Source: Felis catus
Lineage: Eukaryota
DNA: 64,000 bases
Assembly: GCF_018350175.1 (NCBI RefSeq)
Contig: NC_058369.1
Span: forward strand, 7,008,001 to 7,072,000
Reading direction: 5' to 3'
The notes below the pieces were generated by a model. The model had not been told where the DNA came from. It did not search any database and saw only the letters and a list, made by a program, of their open reading frames with translations. Numbering within the stretch: position 1 is the stretch's first letter; each line of letters opens with the position of its first letter. Shown here piece after piece: positions 1 to 13,120 of this stretch. The position numbers were made by a program, and so were the translations under genes.

Positions 1-249
1 CACCCTATGGATTTCCTGGAAGGACTTTGCCTTGTATTCTCCCATGTCGTGGGAAGTCAGTGGAGGGTTTTGAGCAGAGGGGTTGGCAACTAATTTCTGA
101 ATCGCTGGCTTCTGGGTTGACAGGTTAAGGAAGGACAAGGGCACAAACAGGGCCATTAGAAAGCTCTTGCAGAATTCAGGGTAGATACAGTGGTGGCCAG
201 CTGAGTAGTAGCGGGGGAGGCTCGAGGATCCCATTGATGAACGTAGTGG

Positions 250-3200
250 CAATTTTCATTTCCAGATAGTGGCCTTTTGTATTCCCCTGCAGCGTACCTT
301 TTCTGTTGCTGGTATACAGTTTGTGATTCCCGTTCTTCCCAGTTGTGAACAATGCTGCTTTAAGAAGTTGGGTCCGCGCTTTCTGGAGCATCGGTGAGTT
401 ATTCCAGGAGCGTGAATTGCTGGGTTGTGAGGTCTGTGCGTGTTCAGCTTACCGGTATGAACACCAAAGTCATTTCTGCAGTGGTTGTGTAAGGCTCGGG
501 ATGTGTGCATGTGGTAACAGTTGAAACAAGGTCTACTGAAGCGCACAGGGGTTCTTAATCCACACATGTACAGCTGCGTTATTACACCGAGCAAATCCAT
601 GTAATCACCAGACAAAAAACACTACCAGGGTAGCTGATACCCTTTCTTGCATATGCAGGTGGCAAACCCGTCCCTAGTCTCCACAGGTAACCGGTGTTCT
701 GACTGACGGCATGGCTTGGGTTGTTTTCAAACTCTGTACAAATGGAACCGAACAGGGTGTGTTCTTTTGTGTCTGTCTGATTTTGCCCAGTATTTCTGTT
801 AAATTGACCCTTATTATTTAGAGTATCTCTAAGTACATTTTTGTGTGTGTTCTGTTTGCATATTCCACAGTTATTTAAGTACTTTGTGTCGGTTTACATT
901 TCACGTTTCAGTTTGGGGCTCTTGTGAATAATGCTGCTATGGACACACTTTAACGTTTCTGATGGTGCACAGGTGCATGTATTTCTCTTGGGTCTGTGCC
1001 CTGGACTGAAATTTATGGGTCGAGTGGGGTGCATATGTTTATTCTTTGTACATGATGCCAATTTTCCAAAGTGGTTGTGCAACTTTGTTTTGCAACAAGC
1101 TATTTTATGACATTGGATAGGATGCTGAAGTTGCCTGCCTTTTTCTTCCTGTGATTTATATTTTCCACGTATATATTCCACAAAACTCTGGATGAGTTTT
1201 GTACATACCTTCTCCCACTCTGGTGTGTGTCTCCAGTGTTCTAATAGGTGTATTTTCATGAGATGAGTTAATTTTAATGTCCTTGAATCTTTATGGACAG
1301 CACTCTTCTGTACCCGTGTAAGAAATATTTGCCTACCCAGAAGGCAGGATGACATTCTATAATTTCTTCTGCAAGTTGTTTTTTCCTTTAATATATATAC
1401 CTTTAGATCTACAGTCATGTGAGATTGATTTTTGTGTGTGTTGTGTGAGGTAAGATTAAGTTTTATTTTTTCCATATTAACCCAGCATTATTTACATAAA
1501 AAGTATATCTTGGGGCACCTGGGTGGCTTAGTTAGTTAAGCATCTGACTCTTGATTTTAGCTCAAGTCATGATCTCATGGTTGGTGAGTTTGAGCTTTGT
1601 ATCAGTCTGCTGAGTGTGGAGCCTGCTTGGGATTCTCTCTCTGTCTTTTCCCTGCTCATGCTCGCTCACTCGCTCTCTCTCTGTCTCCCCCCCCCCCCTT
1701 CCCCTGCTCATGCACTCTCTCACAATAAATGAATAAGATGCCTGAGTGACCAGTCAGTGAAGCAGTGGACTCTTGATTTCAGCGCAGGTAATGATCTTGA
1801 AATTCATGGGATTGAGCCCCACATCAGGTTCCTTGCTGACACTGTGCAAAGTCGGCTTCTGATTCTCCCTTTATCTCTGCCCCTCCCCCTCTCATGCTTG
1901 CCCTCTCTCAAATAAGTAAACATTAAAAAAAAAAGTATGTGTTTGCCCTAGGAATTTGAGATGTTACCTTTGTCGTGTGTGTGTGTACACACACACGCAC
2001 ACACACACACACACATATATATGTGTACATATATATATATTTTTTTTTTTTGGAGGGGTAGAGGAAGAGGGAATCTTTTTTTTTCTAAGGATCCTTTTTT
2101 CATGTTTGTTTTTGAGGGAGAGACAGTGCAAGTGGAGGAGGGCAGATAGAGAATCCAAAGCAGGCTCTGTACTGTCAGCACAAAGCCTGACATGGGACTT
2201 GAACCCCGGAACCATGAGACCATGACCTGGGCTGAAGTTGGATACTCAACTGACTGAGCCACCCAGGTGCCCGGGGAGAGAGAGAGAATCTTAAGCAGGC
2301 TTCATGCCCAGCATGGAGCCCAATGCAGGGCTTGATCTCATGACTGTGAGATCAAGACCTGAGCCGACATCAAGAGTTGGACGCAACCAACTGAACTACC
2401 TGGGCATCCCACCTTCGTCATATCTTGAATTTCAGATGTCTAATTCTGGACTTTATTCTGCTGATTTATTTGTTCATGTACCATGCCACAGTATTTAAAT
2501 TATAAGAAGCTTTATAATAAGTCTTAATGTCTGGAATGTCTAGTTCCCCTCACAGTTTTTCTTTTTCAGTGTTTTCCTACGTTTTCTTGCTTGTTTGGGT
2601 TTTTTTTAAGATTTTTTTTTTTTTTTAAGTAATTTCTATACCCAACTAGGGTCTCGAACTTACAATCTCGAAATCAAGAGTCATATGCTCTACTGACTGA
2701 GCCAGCTGGGCACCGCTGTTTGCTTTTTATATGCACTTTCCTATTATTTTGTCCAACTCCATAAAATTAGCTTTTGGGTATTTTTATTGTCATTGCCTTG
2801 AGTTTATAAGTTAACTTGAGGAGAACTGACATTTCTATAATGTAAAGTCATTCAAGAACAGAGAATGACTTTCCATTTGTTCAGGTCTATTTTCGTGTTT
2901 AATGTTTAAAAGTTTTAAACATTAAATAATGTTTAAAAGTTTTCCATGTACAAGTTTTCTGCTTGTTAAGTTTTGTCTAAGTATTTAGTCATTTATTATA
3001 AATGAGACTTTTCCCTATCATTACGTTTTCTCTTCACAGTTTCTGTACATGAAAGCTGCTAATTTTGTAACTTGTTACTTCACTGAATTGTTTCTTGAGT
3101 TAGCTTTATTCTTTTCTGGGGTTTTCCAGGTATACTGCCATATTACCTGCAAATTGAGACATCTTATTTACCAGTTCTTAGGCCTCTGATTGTTTTTGCT

Positions 3201-5250
3201 TGTCTAATTGCATTGGCTAATAACCTCTAATACAATGATATATCATGGGCATCCTGGCTCTGTTCTAGAAGAGATACCCTTCTTGTTTTCCCATTAATTA
3301 AGATAATGTCTTTTAGAACTAAGGTATTATATTTATTTTATCATACTGAGAAGGTATCCTCTATTCTTGAATGTTTTATCATGAATGGGTGTTAACATTT
3401 GCTAGTTTTTTTGAACATCTATGAAGAGGGTCATGATTCTTCTGATTTATTAATAAATTATATGATATTAATAAATATCTCAATATTCAACAAATCTTGC
3501 ATTCCTGGAGTGAATTTCACTTGGTCATGGTGTATTTTCTTAATGTGGTGCTGGATCCTTTTTGCTAGTATTTTGTTTAGAATTTTTTTAGTGCTATTCA
3601 TGTGTGATAATTGGTCTATAGTGTTTTTTTGGTTTTTTTTGTTTGTTTGTTTTGTACTGTGTATGATTAGGTGTTGGTATTATACTTGCTTCATAAAGAA
3701 TTGGGTGCGCCAGAATAATTTATATGGCATTAGGACTGTGTGGTTAGGAAAGATTTGGTAGAATTCCTTGTAAAACCATCTGAGTCAAGTTCTTATTAGT
3801 GGCGTATTTCTTTAGGAATTGTCTTTCTTTCATAGAAATTGGTCTTTCTCGAGCTTTCCAACCTGAATGGGATCAGAGTTGGTAATCTGTATGTTCCTAG
3901 GAAATTGTCCATTTCATTAGCATGGAGATCAGCAAGTAGTCTTATGATTTTTAAAATGTTTTTTGATTCCGTGGTCATCAACTTTTTTTATATATTTGCT
4001 TTCTCTTTTCTTGGATCAAGTGAGCTACTGGTTTGTTTTGTTTGTTTGTTTAAAAATGGAATTTTGACTAATTAGAGCTGCTATTTTTGTAATTTCCGCA
4101 TTATTCTGCTTTTCTCTCCACTCTTGCCTTATGCTTTGTTTTGGCTTATTTTTCTTTTTCCAGTTTTTTTTTCTTAAGTGGCAATTAATTTATTCTTATT
4201 CTTTTATTGACAAATATTTTGTCCAGTGGGTTTTCCTCTGATTACTGCTTTAAAGTACATTTCATAGATTCTAAAATGTATTTTTGGTCATCATTATTTC
4301 TTTGAAGTTTTGTCATTTCAGTCTGGATTTCCCCTTTCATTCAGGAGTTAGAAAGAGGTTTTTAAATTTCCAGGCACAAGAATCGTTTTCATTTTTGTTC
4401 GTAAATTCTAGGTTTATTGCATGCTGAATTTCTACAACTTGAATATAACAGGCCTAGATGTAGATTGGGGGTGGGACATTAATCCTGCTTGATGATATCT
4501 TAGTTTTCTGGATCTGTGGTTTGGTGTCTGTCATTAATTTTGGAAAATTCTCATCTGTTATTTAAAATATTCTGGGTTTTCATTCTCTCATTCTCCCCCA
4601 CTCCCCCACCTTGGTATTCCATAACACATATGTTACGCCTTTTGTAAATTGTCCCACAGTTCTTGGGTATTATGTTTGTCTTCATTCTTTTCTTTTCCTC
4701 TTTGCATTTCAGTTTTAGAAGTTTCTATCGAGGTATCTTCAAGTTCACAGAGTCTTTTTTTCCAGCCAGATCCAGTCTCCTGCACCCATCAAGGACAGTC
4801 TTCATTTCTGTTGCCATGCTTTTGATTTCTGGCATTTCCTTTTGATTCTTAGAGTTTTCGTTTCTCACCTTACCCATTTCGTCTTGCACGTTTGCTTTTT
4901 CCATTAGAACACTTAGCGCATTGGGCGCCTGGGTGGCTCAGTCAGTTAAGTATCTGACTCTTGGTCTTGGCTCAGGTCTTGATCTCACGGTTGTGAGTTA
5001 GAGCCCTGGGTTGGGCTCCATGCTGGGCATGAAGCCTCCTTATAAAAAAGAAAGGAGAGGGGAGGGGAGGGGAGGGGGGAAGGAAAGAGAAAGAAAGAAC
5101 ACTTAGAATATTAGCCATAGTTATTTTAGATTTCTGGTCTGACAATTCCAAAATCTCTGGCATAAATGAGTCAGGTTCTGATGCTTGCTTTGTCATTTAT
5201 AGACTGTTTCTACTTGCCTTTTAACATGGCTTGCATTTTTTTTTTTTTTT
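250..5250 (-). mobile_element. Ancient, decayed L1 (L1M-type) fragments interspersed with SINEs
   Basis: T-rich antisense L1 hallmarks, e.g. GTGAACAATGCTGCT, TTTTCCAAAGTGGTTGT, AGAACTGACATTT, TCTTGCATTCCTGG. No intact ORF. Confidence 0.65.
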
Positions 5251-6480
5251 TTAAGTTTGACAGGATGCGTTAATTGAAGGGATCCTCAGTGTGTTTTCAT
5301 TTCTCTGGCTAGAGGTTAGCCTGTGGTTAGTGGTTCCTGTAGGTATTGTGTCAGAGGCCAGAGTTTCCTTTGGTGTCCTTATTTTTGTCTCCCCTACTTC
5401 TTTGGGTTCTTCTAGAGAATCCTTAAATAGGGGCTGAGACTAGTAAGTCTTCTAACTGTAGTCTCCGTACAGGAGCCCAAGAAAATCCTATCTTTCTTCA
5501 GTTTAGGCAACATGAGTTCCTTTATGTTTGTCTTCAGCCCATTGCTTCTTTTCTGAATTCAGGATAAAATGTGATTTTTTTTTTTAAACCTACCCAATTA
5601 CTCTTTGAGAATCTCAGTAAATAAATAGGCTGCTTTTTAAAAAAAATTGTTTTATTTTATTTTTGAGACAGAGAGAGAGACAGAATGTGAGTGGCGGAGG
5701 GGCAGAGAGGGGGCCATAGAATCTGAAGCAGGCACCAGCCCCATGTGAGGCTTGAACTCACGAACCATGAGATCATGACCTAAGCGAAAGTCGGTTGCTT
5801 AACCAGCTGAGCCACCCAGGCGCCCCAAATAAGTATGCTTCTTAAAGGCAAGTTGGAACCATGTATCTCTGACAATTGTTTTGACTTATATTTGTCATCA
5901 CTTTCTTTTTTTTTTTAATTTTTTAATGTTTTATTTTTGAGAGAGAGAGTCGAGAGGGGGAGGGGCAGAGAGAGAGGGAGACACAGAATCCAAAGCAGAC
6001 TCCAGGCTCTGAGCTGTCGCACAGAGCCTGATGTGGGGGGGCTTGACCTCATGAACCACAAGGTCATGACCTGAGCCATAGTTGGATGCTTAACCGACTG
6101 AGCCACCCAGGTGCCCCTGTCATGATTTTCTAAAAACTAGTTTCATTACCTCATTCGAGAAGACAGCAGATGGGAATACTTTACATAGATTAACTGCCGT
6201 CATCCCCACACCACTGTAAGCTTGTCATTCACCTAGAGAAGACACCAGTGAGGGGAGTCTGTTTACCTGCTAGAAACACTGTTGTTCAAGTGCTTACACG
6301 CTAGTGGGTCAGTTTGGCTGGTGGTGCCTGACAAGAGGGCTGTGTGGTCACGGGTTTCTGTCTCTGTTTGCCTTCCTGCATCCTTCCTGTGCACCTGCAG
6401 GGCTTCCATGCAGGTCATTGAGTGGTGGTGGCACTCGCACACCTGTGAGCCAAGGAGCCCAGTGTGCCGCAGGCCTCGGT

Positions 6481-6700
6481 GAAAGTTTTCCTAGGCTCAT
6501 TAGTGAAGAGCAATCGCATGCTGGCTTTTGCCAAGTTTGGGTGAGAAAAATGCGTGTACCCTAGAGGCCAGGCCCAGGAGGAGGAGAGCACTTTCCCTGC
6601 ATTTATTACAATGGGACCGTTTCTTTAATTGGGAGCCTTGGGAACCCAGTGCAGCTACTCTCTGTGCAGTCCCTCCATCACATCAATTACAAGAGCAGAA
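6481..6700. promoter_or_regulatory. Candidate OR-cluster enhancer (homeodomain + O/E-like motif cluster)
   Basis: Apparently non-repeat sequence with CTAATGAGCCTAGGAAA (minus, 6503-6487), TTTAATTG followed by GCCTTGGGAA (6624-6644), and CAATTA near 6684. Confidence 0.35.
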
Positions 6701-7419
6701 GCAAACCGAATTCCCACCTACACCCAGGTGGCCGGAACTCTTGAGTCTCGTTGGATTTCCCTGCCATTCTCAGGTTACACAATCTCTCTGGAGGGGCCTT
6801 GTAATCCCACTCCTACCCAGTCTTCAGGTCTCATGGTAGCTTTCCGTTGTCGGGGCCTTTCCAGCAGGAACCAGCTCTATCTTATGTAATGTTTGGGTAA
6901 CTACAATCACTCAGGTTACCCTCTAGGGAGCCAACGAGTATCAGTTAAGTGTCTTACGCTGAATTAGACTTTGAGAGGAGAGACCATAAGACACAGTACT
7001 GCCTTTAAGGGACTAAAGGGCTAGGAAGAGAGGCATGTAAACAAACAAGATCGCTAGTGTGGCCAATTAGTCCATTCAGGAGGTTCTGAGGAGGCGATAT
7101 TGACAATCCGAGAAAGCCACAGAGAGATAATGGGTGCTAAGTGTAGAAATGTAGACAGCTTTTATGTATAGTGTTCCAGATCATGAGTGAGTTAAGCATG
7201 CCAATCCTGAGTGCAAAGGCACAGAAAGAAAATCACATTCTCTGACAGGTAACCGAATCTTTCAAGTAGTAGATAAAGCAGGAGGGGTGACATGGGATAG
7301 ATTATACAATACACAGCATCTGCATCAACATTTTATGTGTCAGTCTCAAGTATTAATTGGAAGTTGATGGAAATTCACTGACGTTTGATGAGATTTGCAG
7401 TTTAGTAGAATGTAATGAA

Positions 7420-7790
7420 GGGGGCTATTTATATTTGCTGCATAATAAACTACCCAAAACACAGTGGTTTGAAACCACCACCGTTTGGCTTATTGTTGGT
7501 TGACAGTCTGGGCTATGCTTGGCCAGGCTCCCTCATGTTGACCCGGGGCTGCCAGTAGGCTGGCCCAGTACCTTCACTCAAGACGTCAGCCTCCAACAGT
7601 CCAGACAAGACCAGTACCTGCACCGGCAGAGCATGTTCTTCAAGTCCATGTTGATGTCGCCTTTGCTGGCACCCAGTTGACCAGTACAATCACATGGCTG
7701 AGCCCAGAGTGGAAGGGTAATCAGAGTCACATAGAAGGGTTGTGGGTACAGGAAAGGGAAGAAATGGTGGCCATTTCTGGAATCACCATA
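7420..7790 (-). mobile_element. MLT1-type MaLR solo LTR (old)
   Basis: TTGCTGCATAATAAACTACCCAAAACACAGTGGTTT start and AATCACATGGCTGAGCCCAGAGT motifs. Confidence 0.6.
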
Positions 7791-9787
7791 GGGCCACTGT
7801 TTCTATTGGAAGACTCCAAATGGGAGAAAATAGTTTAAGATCGATAGAATTGACAGATAGTAACTGCACATGCTTAAACAATTTGGTAGGTTTGGGCCAA
7901 CGTGTCCACCAGTGAAATCATTACCACATTCAAAACAGTGAACTCCCAAAAGATTCCTTTGTGAACCCTCCAGGGCCTTTCCCAGGCAATTACTGGTAGG
8001 CTTTTTGTCAGTACAGGTCAGTTTGCATTTTCTGGAGCTTTCTGTAAATGAAATGGTACCATACATACTCTTCTGTCTGGCTTCTTCCAGCAAAGTTATT
8101 TTGAGTTTCTTCTGTTTTGTCACATTAAGGTCAGAGTTTTTGCATTGTGGAAAAGACAGGCTTTTAAAATTAAAATTTCCTTTATACTAGTGAGGCCTTC
8201 CAGCCTCTGGCTAAGCATTTTGAGTGGTGATGCATCACACTTCTCTGAGTGGTTTATTCCAACTTTGTTTTCCTTTTGTGAGTCAAAACCTAACTTCCAA
8301 TCATTTGTTGTCCAACTGGTATCTCACCAACAACATTGAAAGGCATCATACCTGCAAGATAGGATGCCAGTGTGAGCCATGCCTCTGGAGAGTAGCTCAG
8401 GGTGGAGGTTCTCATGCCCTCTGGTGGAAGATGCAGAGATCTGAGCAGGCAACTTGTTTGGAGTGCCTTATGTGTGGAAACAGCACATGGTGTGCAGGCA
8501 TGGAAATGAGTGTGCAGGAATGGAAAAAAAACTCGGTTTCCCAGTGAGATGCTGATCGCAGGAGACCAAAGCACATTCTTGTATGAGATTTAAATTTTTT
8601 GTAAAGCTGCTAAGACCTTGGTAATAAGTAGCTCCTATCTGAAGGGCTTCAAAAACCATAAATCTGGCTAATTCCCTGACTCCTGTGTACTCCTGGGACA
8701 GAGTAAACTCTACAAGCTCTAGTCACTGGCTCCATGCTTCTGTACCTTCAAGTCTTGATGTAGGCAGGTGAAAGCACTTTCCAGCCAGGTTCTACCTGAG
8801 GCCTACCATTCACTTGTGTTTTTAGAGACATTAGAGCCTTTATCATAGCTCTCTTTTTTGGGCATTGGAAATTATAAGAGTTGTCTATGGATGGCAACCT
8901 ATCTGGTTGGTTGATAGAAGTCCCTTTTCAGTAGAGAAGAATGACTCAGTTGGATGACAGTGGCCTTTGATCCTATGTGGTTTTTTTTTTTTCCCCTGGG
9001 TGCATCTCCAGTGGTTTGCAATGGGCTTTATGCTGAAGTTAGGCAATAGCTCTTGATGGAGTTGGGTTTGGCCAGTAGATGGGACGAGAGGGTGGGGGTC
9101 CACATCCATGAGACAAGGCCATAGAGACTCAGCCAACTTTGTACAAAAGAATCTCTTAGTCCTTCAGCTGGTGGGATAAATTGCACCTTATAGGCCTGCC
9201 TCAGACCTAAGGAGGACAGAGCTCTTCCAAGAAGGGAGGTCAGTAGGAGGAGAGATACATACCATTTCCTAAAGCAGTCCACTTGGACACAATGCTAGGA
9301 ATGTCTCACCTCAGATCAGCAGAGGACATTTTCAGATAGTAGTTATAGGTCAGTGATTTCTGTGCTGCTGTTAGCCATTTTGCAAAGTGGAGAAAATAGG
9401 AGCATCTGCCTCCTTAAGGTGGTTGTGAAAATGAACTGAGTTAATACATCTATGTGCTTGGAGGAATGGCCTGGCATACTGTAAACACAAAACAGTCAAC
9501 TTAGCAAGTATCTATTAGGATGTTCCACATAGTAGGCACTGGAAATAAAAGCAGATAATAAGAACAGCCAACATTCTTCTGGAGTTTTGAGATCATTAAA
9601 GTATCTGTTTTTCAGCAAATGTGCATTGGTGCTTCCGTTCCTGACTTGTGGCCTCTTCCATGCCACTGGCTGGAGGCCAGTATCTTGGGTCCATTCCATT
9701 CTGGGCCTTAGGAAAACTAGGGTTGTGGCCCCTCACTTCATATTTCCTGCATTTTCCTTTCCTTGAGTCCTTTGTGTCATGGCAGAC

Positions 9788-10008
9788 CAGGTGGTTCTCA
9801 TCCAGGAGTGATTTTGCTCCTAGGGGACATCTGGCAATGTCTGGAGTCATTTTTTATTTTTATGACCAGGGTGAAGGAGGACACCACTAGTACCTAGTAT
9901 GCAGAGGCCACAGGTGCAGCTAAACACCCTATAATGCATAGGACAGAAATACCAGCAAGAATTATCTGGTCCTAAATGTCAACAGTACCCAGGTTGAAAA
10001 ACCCAGTG
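9788..10008 (+). mobile_element. MER20 hAT DNA transposon
   Basis: GTGGTTCTCA..GATTTTGC..GGGGACATCTGGCAATGTCTGGAG..GCTAAACACCCTATAATGCATAGGACAG..AATGTCAACAGTACCCAGGTTGAAAAACCC. Confidence 0.8.
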
Positions 10009-11009
10009 ATAGAAAAATAATTTCTATACTAGGCACTAAGGGGAAGGTGGAGGGCAATCAGATACTGTTCAAGGCTCATTAGGATGGTCCTATCGTCTTG
10101 GCTTCATCTAATTCTGCCCAGGTCTCCAGGGAAGGAGTTTCATGGAGTAGTTGGACGCTAGGACCTTACTGCACTGAATACAAAGTGATTTTATTTTTGA
10201 GGGGCACTTTGTGTCACACCCTCAGACACTTGCTGGGGAAGAATGCAGCTAGGCAGAGCCTTCCAGGGTGCAGGATCCTACCCAGTAAAAGGGGCACAAG
10301 ATGGGGACACATAAATGCTGTGTTCATCCATATAATACCCACTACTTTATGAGAATCTCTATATAAGACGCTTAACACTAGCTGTCTATAATCACCCCAA
10401 CAGTTATTTACAAATGAAGAATGTGAGGCTGCTTAGAGACAGAGTAAATATCCTAGTAAATGGTAGAGTTAGGATTCAAACATTGGAATCTGCCTAAGTC
10501 CAAATGTAGTGATAATCAAGAGGGTACAGTAGTCCTCAAGTCAACCTAAAATATTTTTTTTGCTTTCAGTTCAAGAGAATCTATCCATTCTACCCAATCC
10601 AGCTCAACCGGTATAAAGGATGCTTTGTCCTCTTGGTTCCCTGTTGTGGGGGGTCTCTGGGGCCATTTCCTGGTCTGTACAGATCTGACGTCCAGCATGT
10701 GGTGTTCCTGGGGCTGTTCAGAGGGCTAAGCTTTGAACACAGCGCCTCTCCTATGTGGCTTCCTTGATGCCCTGAGTCAGCTCTGGAGATGCACTCAGCT
10801 CCATCTGGACTCATATCCTGTTCAACCCTCTCTGGTCAGGTTTTCCAACTCTGTTCTGCTGGTAATGAATCCCTCCTCTGTGCCATCCTCCTCACTCCAT
10901 GGCAGTGCAAGCTACTGTAGTTAGTAGGGTCAAAGGAATGGCTGGCTGTTCACAGTCTCTGCACCTTTTCTGGGCCAACACAGATGCTGGTGGCCCTCAT
11001 GGATCATGG

Positions 11010-11220
11010 TGGCTAACACTGAGTCCTTATGCCAGACACTGCTCTGAGCACTCTTAGGTGTAACATTTAATCCCCACCAGAACTCTTCAGGAAATGTATT
11101 GTCATCATTATTACAGATGAGGGCATAGAGACACAGAGAAGTAACTTGTGTAAGAGCATGCCATTTAGTGAATAATGGCAGATTTGAACCCAGAGCCCTC
11201 TTAGCCACTGTGCTCTGCTG
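11010..11220. mobile_element. MIR
   Basis: Core CATTATTACAGATGAGG..AGAGAAGTAACTTG..GGCAGATTTGAACCCAG. Confidence 0.7.
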
Positions 11221-11416
11221 TGCCTCAAAATATGGCAAGTGCTATGAAAACTGGACTGGGTAGGATGTCAAGGTAGGTCTCTGAAGAGCTGTGAGTTTTG
11301 ATTTGAAGCCTGACTATGAGAGGGAGCCAGGTGTGTGAAGATTTGGCAAAGTGTGCACCAGGCAAGGAAGACCGCAAGTAGACCAGGGCTTTCTTTCACT
11401 TAAAATAGACGCTACA

Positions 11417-11651
11417 GGGGCGCCTGGGTGGCGCAGTCGGTTAAGCGTCCGACTTCAGCCAGGTCACGATCTCGTGGTCCGTGAGTTCGAGCCCTGCGTC
11501 GGGCTCTGGGCTGATGGCTCAGAGCCTGGAGCCTGTTTCCGATTCTGTGTCTCCCTCTCTCTCTGCCCCTCCCCCGTTCATGCTCTGTCTCTCTCTGTCC
11601 CAAATAATAAATAAACGTTGAAAAAAAAATTTTTTTAAATAAATAAATAAA
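11417..11651 (+). mobile_element. Young felid SINE (SINEC_Fc-type)
   Basis: CpG-rich, near-consensus copy. Perfect 16-bp TSD TAAAATAGACGCTACA at 11401-11416 and 11652-11667. Confidence 0.95.
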
Positions 11652-12181
11652 TAAAATAGACGCTACAATGAGTTTCTTGAAGAAGATTCTTATTAACATC
11701 CTCCGTATAGGTCAACGGGCACCACCCAAGCAAGATTCAGTAAGTAAAATTTAATGGGGTGAGGGAGATCCATATGATAGATAGTGGTTTCCACACTGAG
11801 ACCAGGGAAGCCATGGTCCAGCATTCGTGGTGCTAGAAGCTAGAACATAACTGAGAAGGGCAAACATGAGTCAGTAATGTGAAACACTTGTCATTCCTGT
11901 CCCCCATCTTCCCAGTGCACTCCTTGCCTTCTCCCTTGATGCTTACAGGAGTCTGTGTCCTTGAAATAGTGTGCTTTCATGAGAAGTGTAGTTATTGGTT
12001 GACCATTCTTTTTCTTGGATGTATGACAAGACTTTTGGTGTGCTACTTCACGTCTGTGTTCAGGAGTGTTTTTCTTCTAGTAAACCATTAATAGTATTTA
12101 TGTCCTTTCTTCAGATTACATATTCAAGGACACCAGTTATCAGCACTGTTGATCTCTGTTGTCCGTCTTTAACTTTGGTTA

Positions 12182-13120
12182 TCACTGGAAGTAAGCTCCT
12201 CTCCTGAAAAGCTTCCTCAGAGCCCCTTTCATGTCCCTGTTCCTCAGGCTGTAGATGAAGGGGTTCAGCGTGGGGGTGACCACTGTGTACATCACTGAGG
12301 CTATTGAACCCTTTCTGGACGGATGGGCTGTTCCAGAAGTGAGGTAGACCCCAAGGCCTGCACCATAGAACAAGGAGACCACCAAGAGGTGGGACCCACA
12401 GGTGGAAAAGGCTTTGTACTTCCCCACAGCAGAAGAAATGCCCATTATGCAGGAGATAATTCTAGAATAAGAGAAAAGGATCCCAGTCAGGGGAATAACA
12501 CCCAACAGGCCAGTTACAAAATACAGTAGGATGTCATTGACAAGGGTGTCAGAACAGGCAAGCTTGAGGATCTGAGCAAGTTCACAGAAGAAGTGGGGGA
12601 TTTCTGTCTCTTTGCAGAAGGCCACCCTCAAAACCATCAGACTTTGCAACAAAGAATATGTCAGGCAGATTAACCAAGAAAGCAGAAGCAGGAGACCACA
12701 GAGGCTAGGGTTCATGATGACCAGGTAGTGCAGGGGGTGACAGACGGCCACAAACCGATCATAGGCCATCACGGTCAGTAGCAAATTATCTAATCCAGCA
12801 AAAATCATGAAAAAACACATTTGGGCAAGGCAGCCTTCATACGTGATGGCGTTGCTCCGTGTCTGGATGTTCACTAACATCTTGAGGACAGTGGTGGAGG
12901 TGAAACAGATATCAGTGAGGGACAGGTTGGCGAGGAAGAAGTACATGGGGGTGTGGAGGTGGGGGTCAGAGCTGATGGCCAGAACGATGAGCAGGTTCCC
13001 TAAAACACAGACCAGGTACATATAGAGAAACAGCCCAAAAAGGAGGGGCTGCAGGTTTATATCTTCTGAAAGCCCCAGAAGGATGAATTTTGAAATAGCT
13101 GTTTGGTTCCCTGCTTCCAT
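12182..13120 (-). CDS. Olfactory receptor, family 7 (312 aa, single coding exon)
   Basis: OR motifs [44 protein letters not shown](T)[10 protein letters not shown]. The true start is MEAGNQT (N-glycosylation sequon) at 13120, 18 nt after the splice acceptor TTCTTGCCTCTTCCCAG (AG at 13140-13139). Confidence 0.95.
   Translation of the reverse strand: MEAGNQTAISKFILLGLSEDINLQPLLFGLFLYMYLVCVLGNLLIVLAISSDPHLHTPMYFFLANLSLTDICFTSTTVLKMLVNIQTRSNAITYEGCLAQMCFFMIFAGLDNLLLTVMAYDRFVAVCHPLHYLVIMNPSLCGLLLLLSWLICLTYSLLQSLMVLRVAFCKETEIPHFFCELAQILKLACSDTLVNDILLYFVTGLLGVIPLTGILFSYSRIISCIMGISSAVGKYKAFSTCGSHLLVVSLFYGAGLGVYLTSGTAHPSRKGSIASVMYTVVTPTLNPFIYSLRNRDMKGALRKLFRRGAYFQ

Noticed and set aside
894..1475. 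193-aa ORF
   Set aside because: Lies in decayed L1 sequence and has no recognisable domain.
11417..11500. tRNA-like A/B-box sequences
   Set aside because: SINE heads derived from tRNA; no standalone tRNA gene.
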